The notes beneath the pieces are model-generated. The model was not told the DNA's origin. It saw only the letters and a program-made list of their open reading frames with translations, and did no database searches. Positions 63,113 through 64,000 of a stretch of 64,000 nucleotides of DNA are shown here, piece by piece. The position numbers and the translations under genes are program-made. The stretch's first letter is position 1, and each line of letters opens with the position of its first letter. Source of the stretch: Cenarchaeum sp. (GTDB lineage: Archaea > Thermoproteota > Nitrososphaeria > Nitrososphaerales > Nitrosopumilaceae); contig OY843584.1 in NCBI GenBank assembly GCA_963692915.1, positions 256,001-320,000 of the forward strand, read 5' to 3'.

Positions 63113-63934
63113 ATATCCTCCGTTTTAACCTTGACCACATCGCATCCCAGGAACGTGCGGTTTGTGTTAATGCAGGCACGTAAAACACTGTATCCTCCTG
63201 CAGCGGGGTCAACAATAACTCCCCCCCCCCCCTCCCGGGGTTATGGCCTCGATAAGGCGCTCTTGAAGCTTAATTGGTTTGCTGTGTGTGTGATTTTTAC
63301 TGTGGATTTTTTCTGACCAAACATCCCTTATGCCATGATCGCGCCATACGTCTTTTGCTTTCTTTGGCAGTTTTTGCAAAATAATTAGGTGCTCTGAACA
63401 CCGCCGTGTCCTATATCCCATGCCAATGCGCTGTTTGTCCCACGTTATCATGTCAACAATCTCAAATTCTAATCCCTTAATCCATGCTGATATCCCATTG
63501 CATAGGTGAAATTTATCCACCCATAAGAACAAATGGCCACTGGGAACAAGCACACGTTCAAGCTCCCACAAAAATGTCGATATGATTGACTCGTCCATCT
63601 GTGATAGTGATGCCCTTGCTCTCCCACGAGATTTTCCCTCATTCCCATACTTCATCTTGTCTAATATGCCCCTATACTGTGGATCCAAAAAAGCGGCATC
63701 AACCGTCTTGTCATCAAGCATGCGCAACATGTCCAACCCGTCCATTTTGTTTGTCTTGTTTAAGAGATGTCGAACTTTGTTCAGGCTTGTTTTATGTGGT
63801 TTTTGGCCAATCGTGCATCTAGTCCCAAATACAGTTTTTGGCGTGGGTTTTTGCATAGATTCATGCACATGTTTTGCGCGTCTTGGCCTTTTTTTTGGCT
63901 GTAGCTTTGACTTGAGTTTCATCCACCCTTTCAA
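63109..63934 (-). pseudogene. beta-class amino-DNA methyltransferase, frameshifted at G12 (phase-OFF allele or sequencing error)
   Basis: FLDPQY (motif IV), WDK, HSKP in the upstream frame. [11 protein letters not shown] (motif I)...FLGCD lies in another frame after the tract. Confidence 0.85.
63221..63232. repeat. C12 homopolymer (G12 on the methyltransferase coding strand)
   Basis: Direct count of 12 consecutive C. Confidence 0.95.
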
Positions 63935-64000
63935 CGGCCTACGCGATTCTCTGCATATTAATTCTTTCCAGCGGAATCGCCGGTATAATGGCCTGTTTTC

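Noticed and set aside
62964-63215. 83-aa ORF between the methyltransferase and nuclease
   Set aside because: Wrong frame. The methyltransferase C-terminus (VIVDPAAGG...) occupies another frame of the same bases.

Overview
This is a GC-rich archaeal chromosomal segment. The gene content and order fit an ammonia-oxidising thaumarchaeon (Nitrosopumilaceae, Cenarchaeum-like): glmM, rpl7ae-rps28e-rpl24e-ndk-aIF5B, two aconitase-family dehydratase pairs, rpoD/rpl18e/rpl13/rps9, an SBDS-exosome operon, MetH/MetF, AglB, nop10-aIF2alpha, cbi/cob genes, bacterial-type MetK, Lsm, Lhr and RPA. Four AT-rich accessory patches interrupt the core. (1) A Type III restriction-modification pair sits between rpoD and rpl18e, and its mod gene has a G26 tract separating the likely ATG from the coding frame. 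(2) A duplicated YwgA/DUF4065-like gene pair surrounds an IS remnant. (3) A three-gene orphan operon. (4) At the right end, a methyltransferase frameshifted at a G12 tract overlaps a Type II-like endonuclease, which overlaps a divergent TATA-binding protein with an altered TFB-contact stirrup. The leading hypothesis is homopolymer-switched (phase-variable) R-M systems in an archaeon, one of them coupled to an alternative TBP. Homopolymer sequencing error must be excluded first. Also notable are a two-domain SDR resembling Chloroflexus malonyl-CoA reductase, a tandem family of secreted proteins with conserved scaffold and variable loops, a solo Cas4-like nuclease and a candidate structured RNA upstream of rpl7ae. 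All family assignments come from motif recognition by eye; no searches were run.
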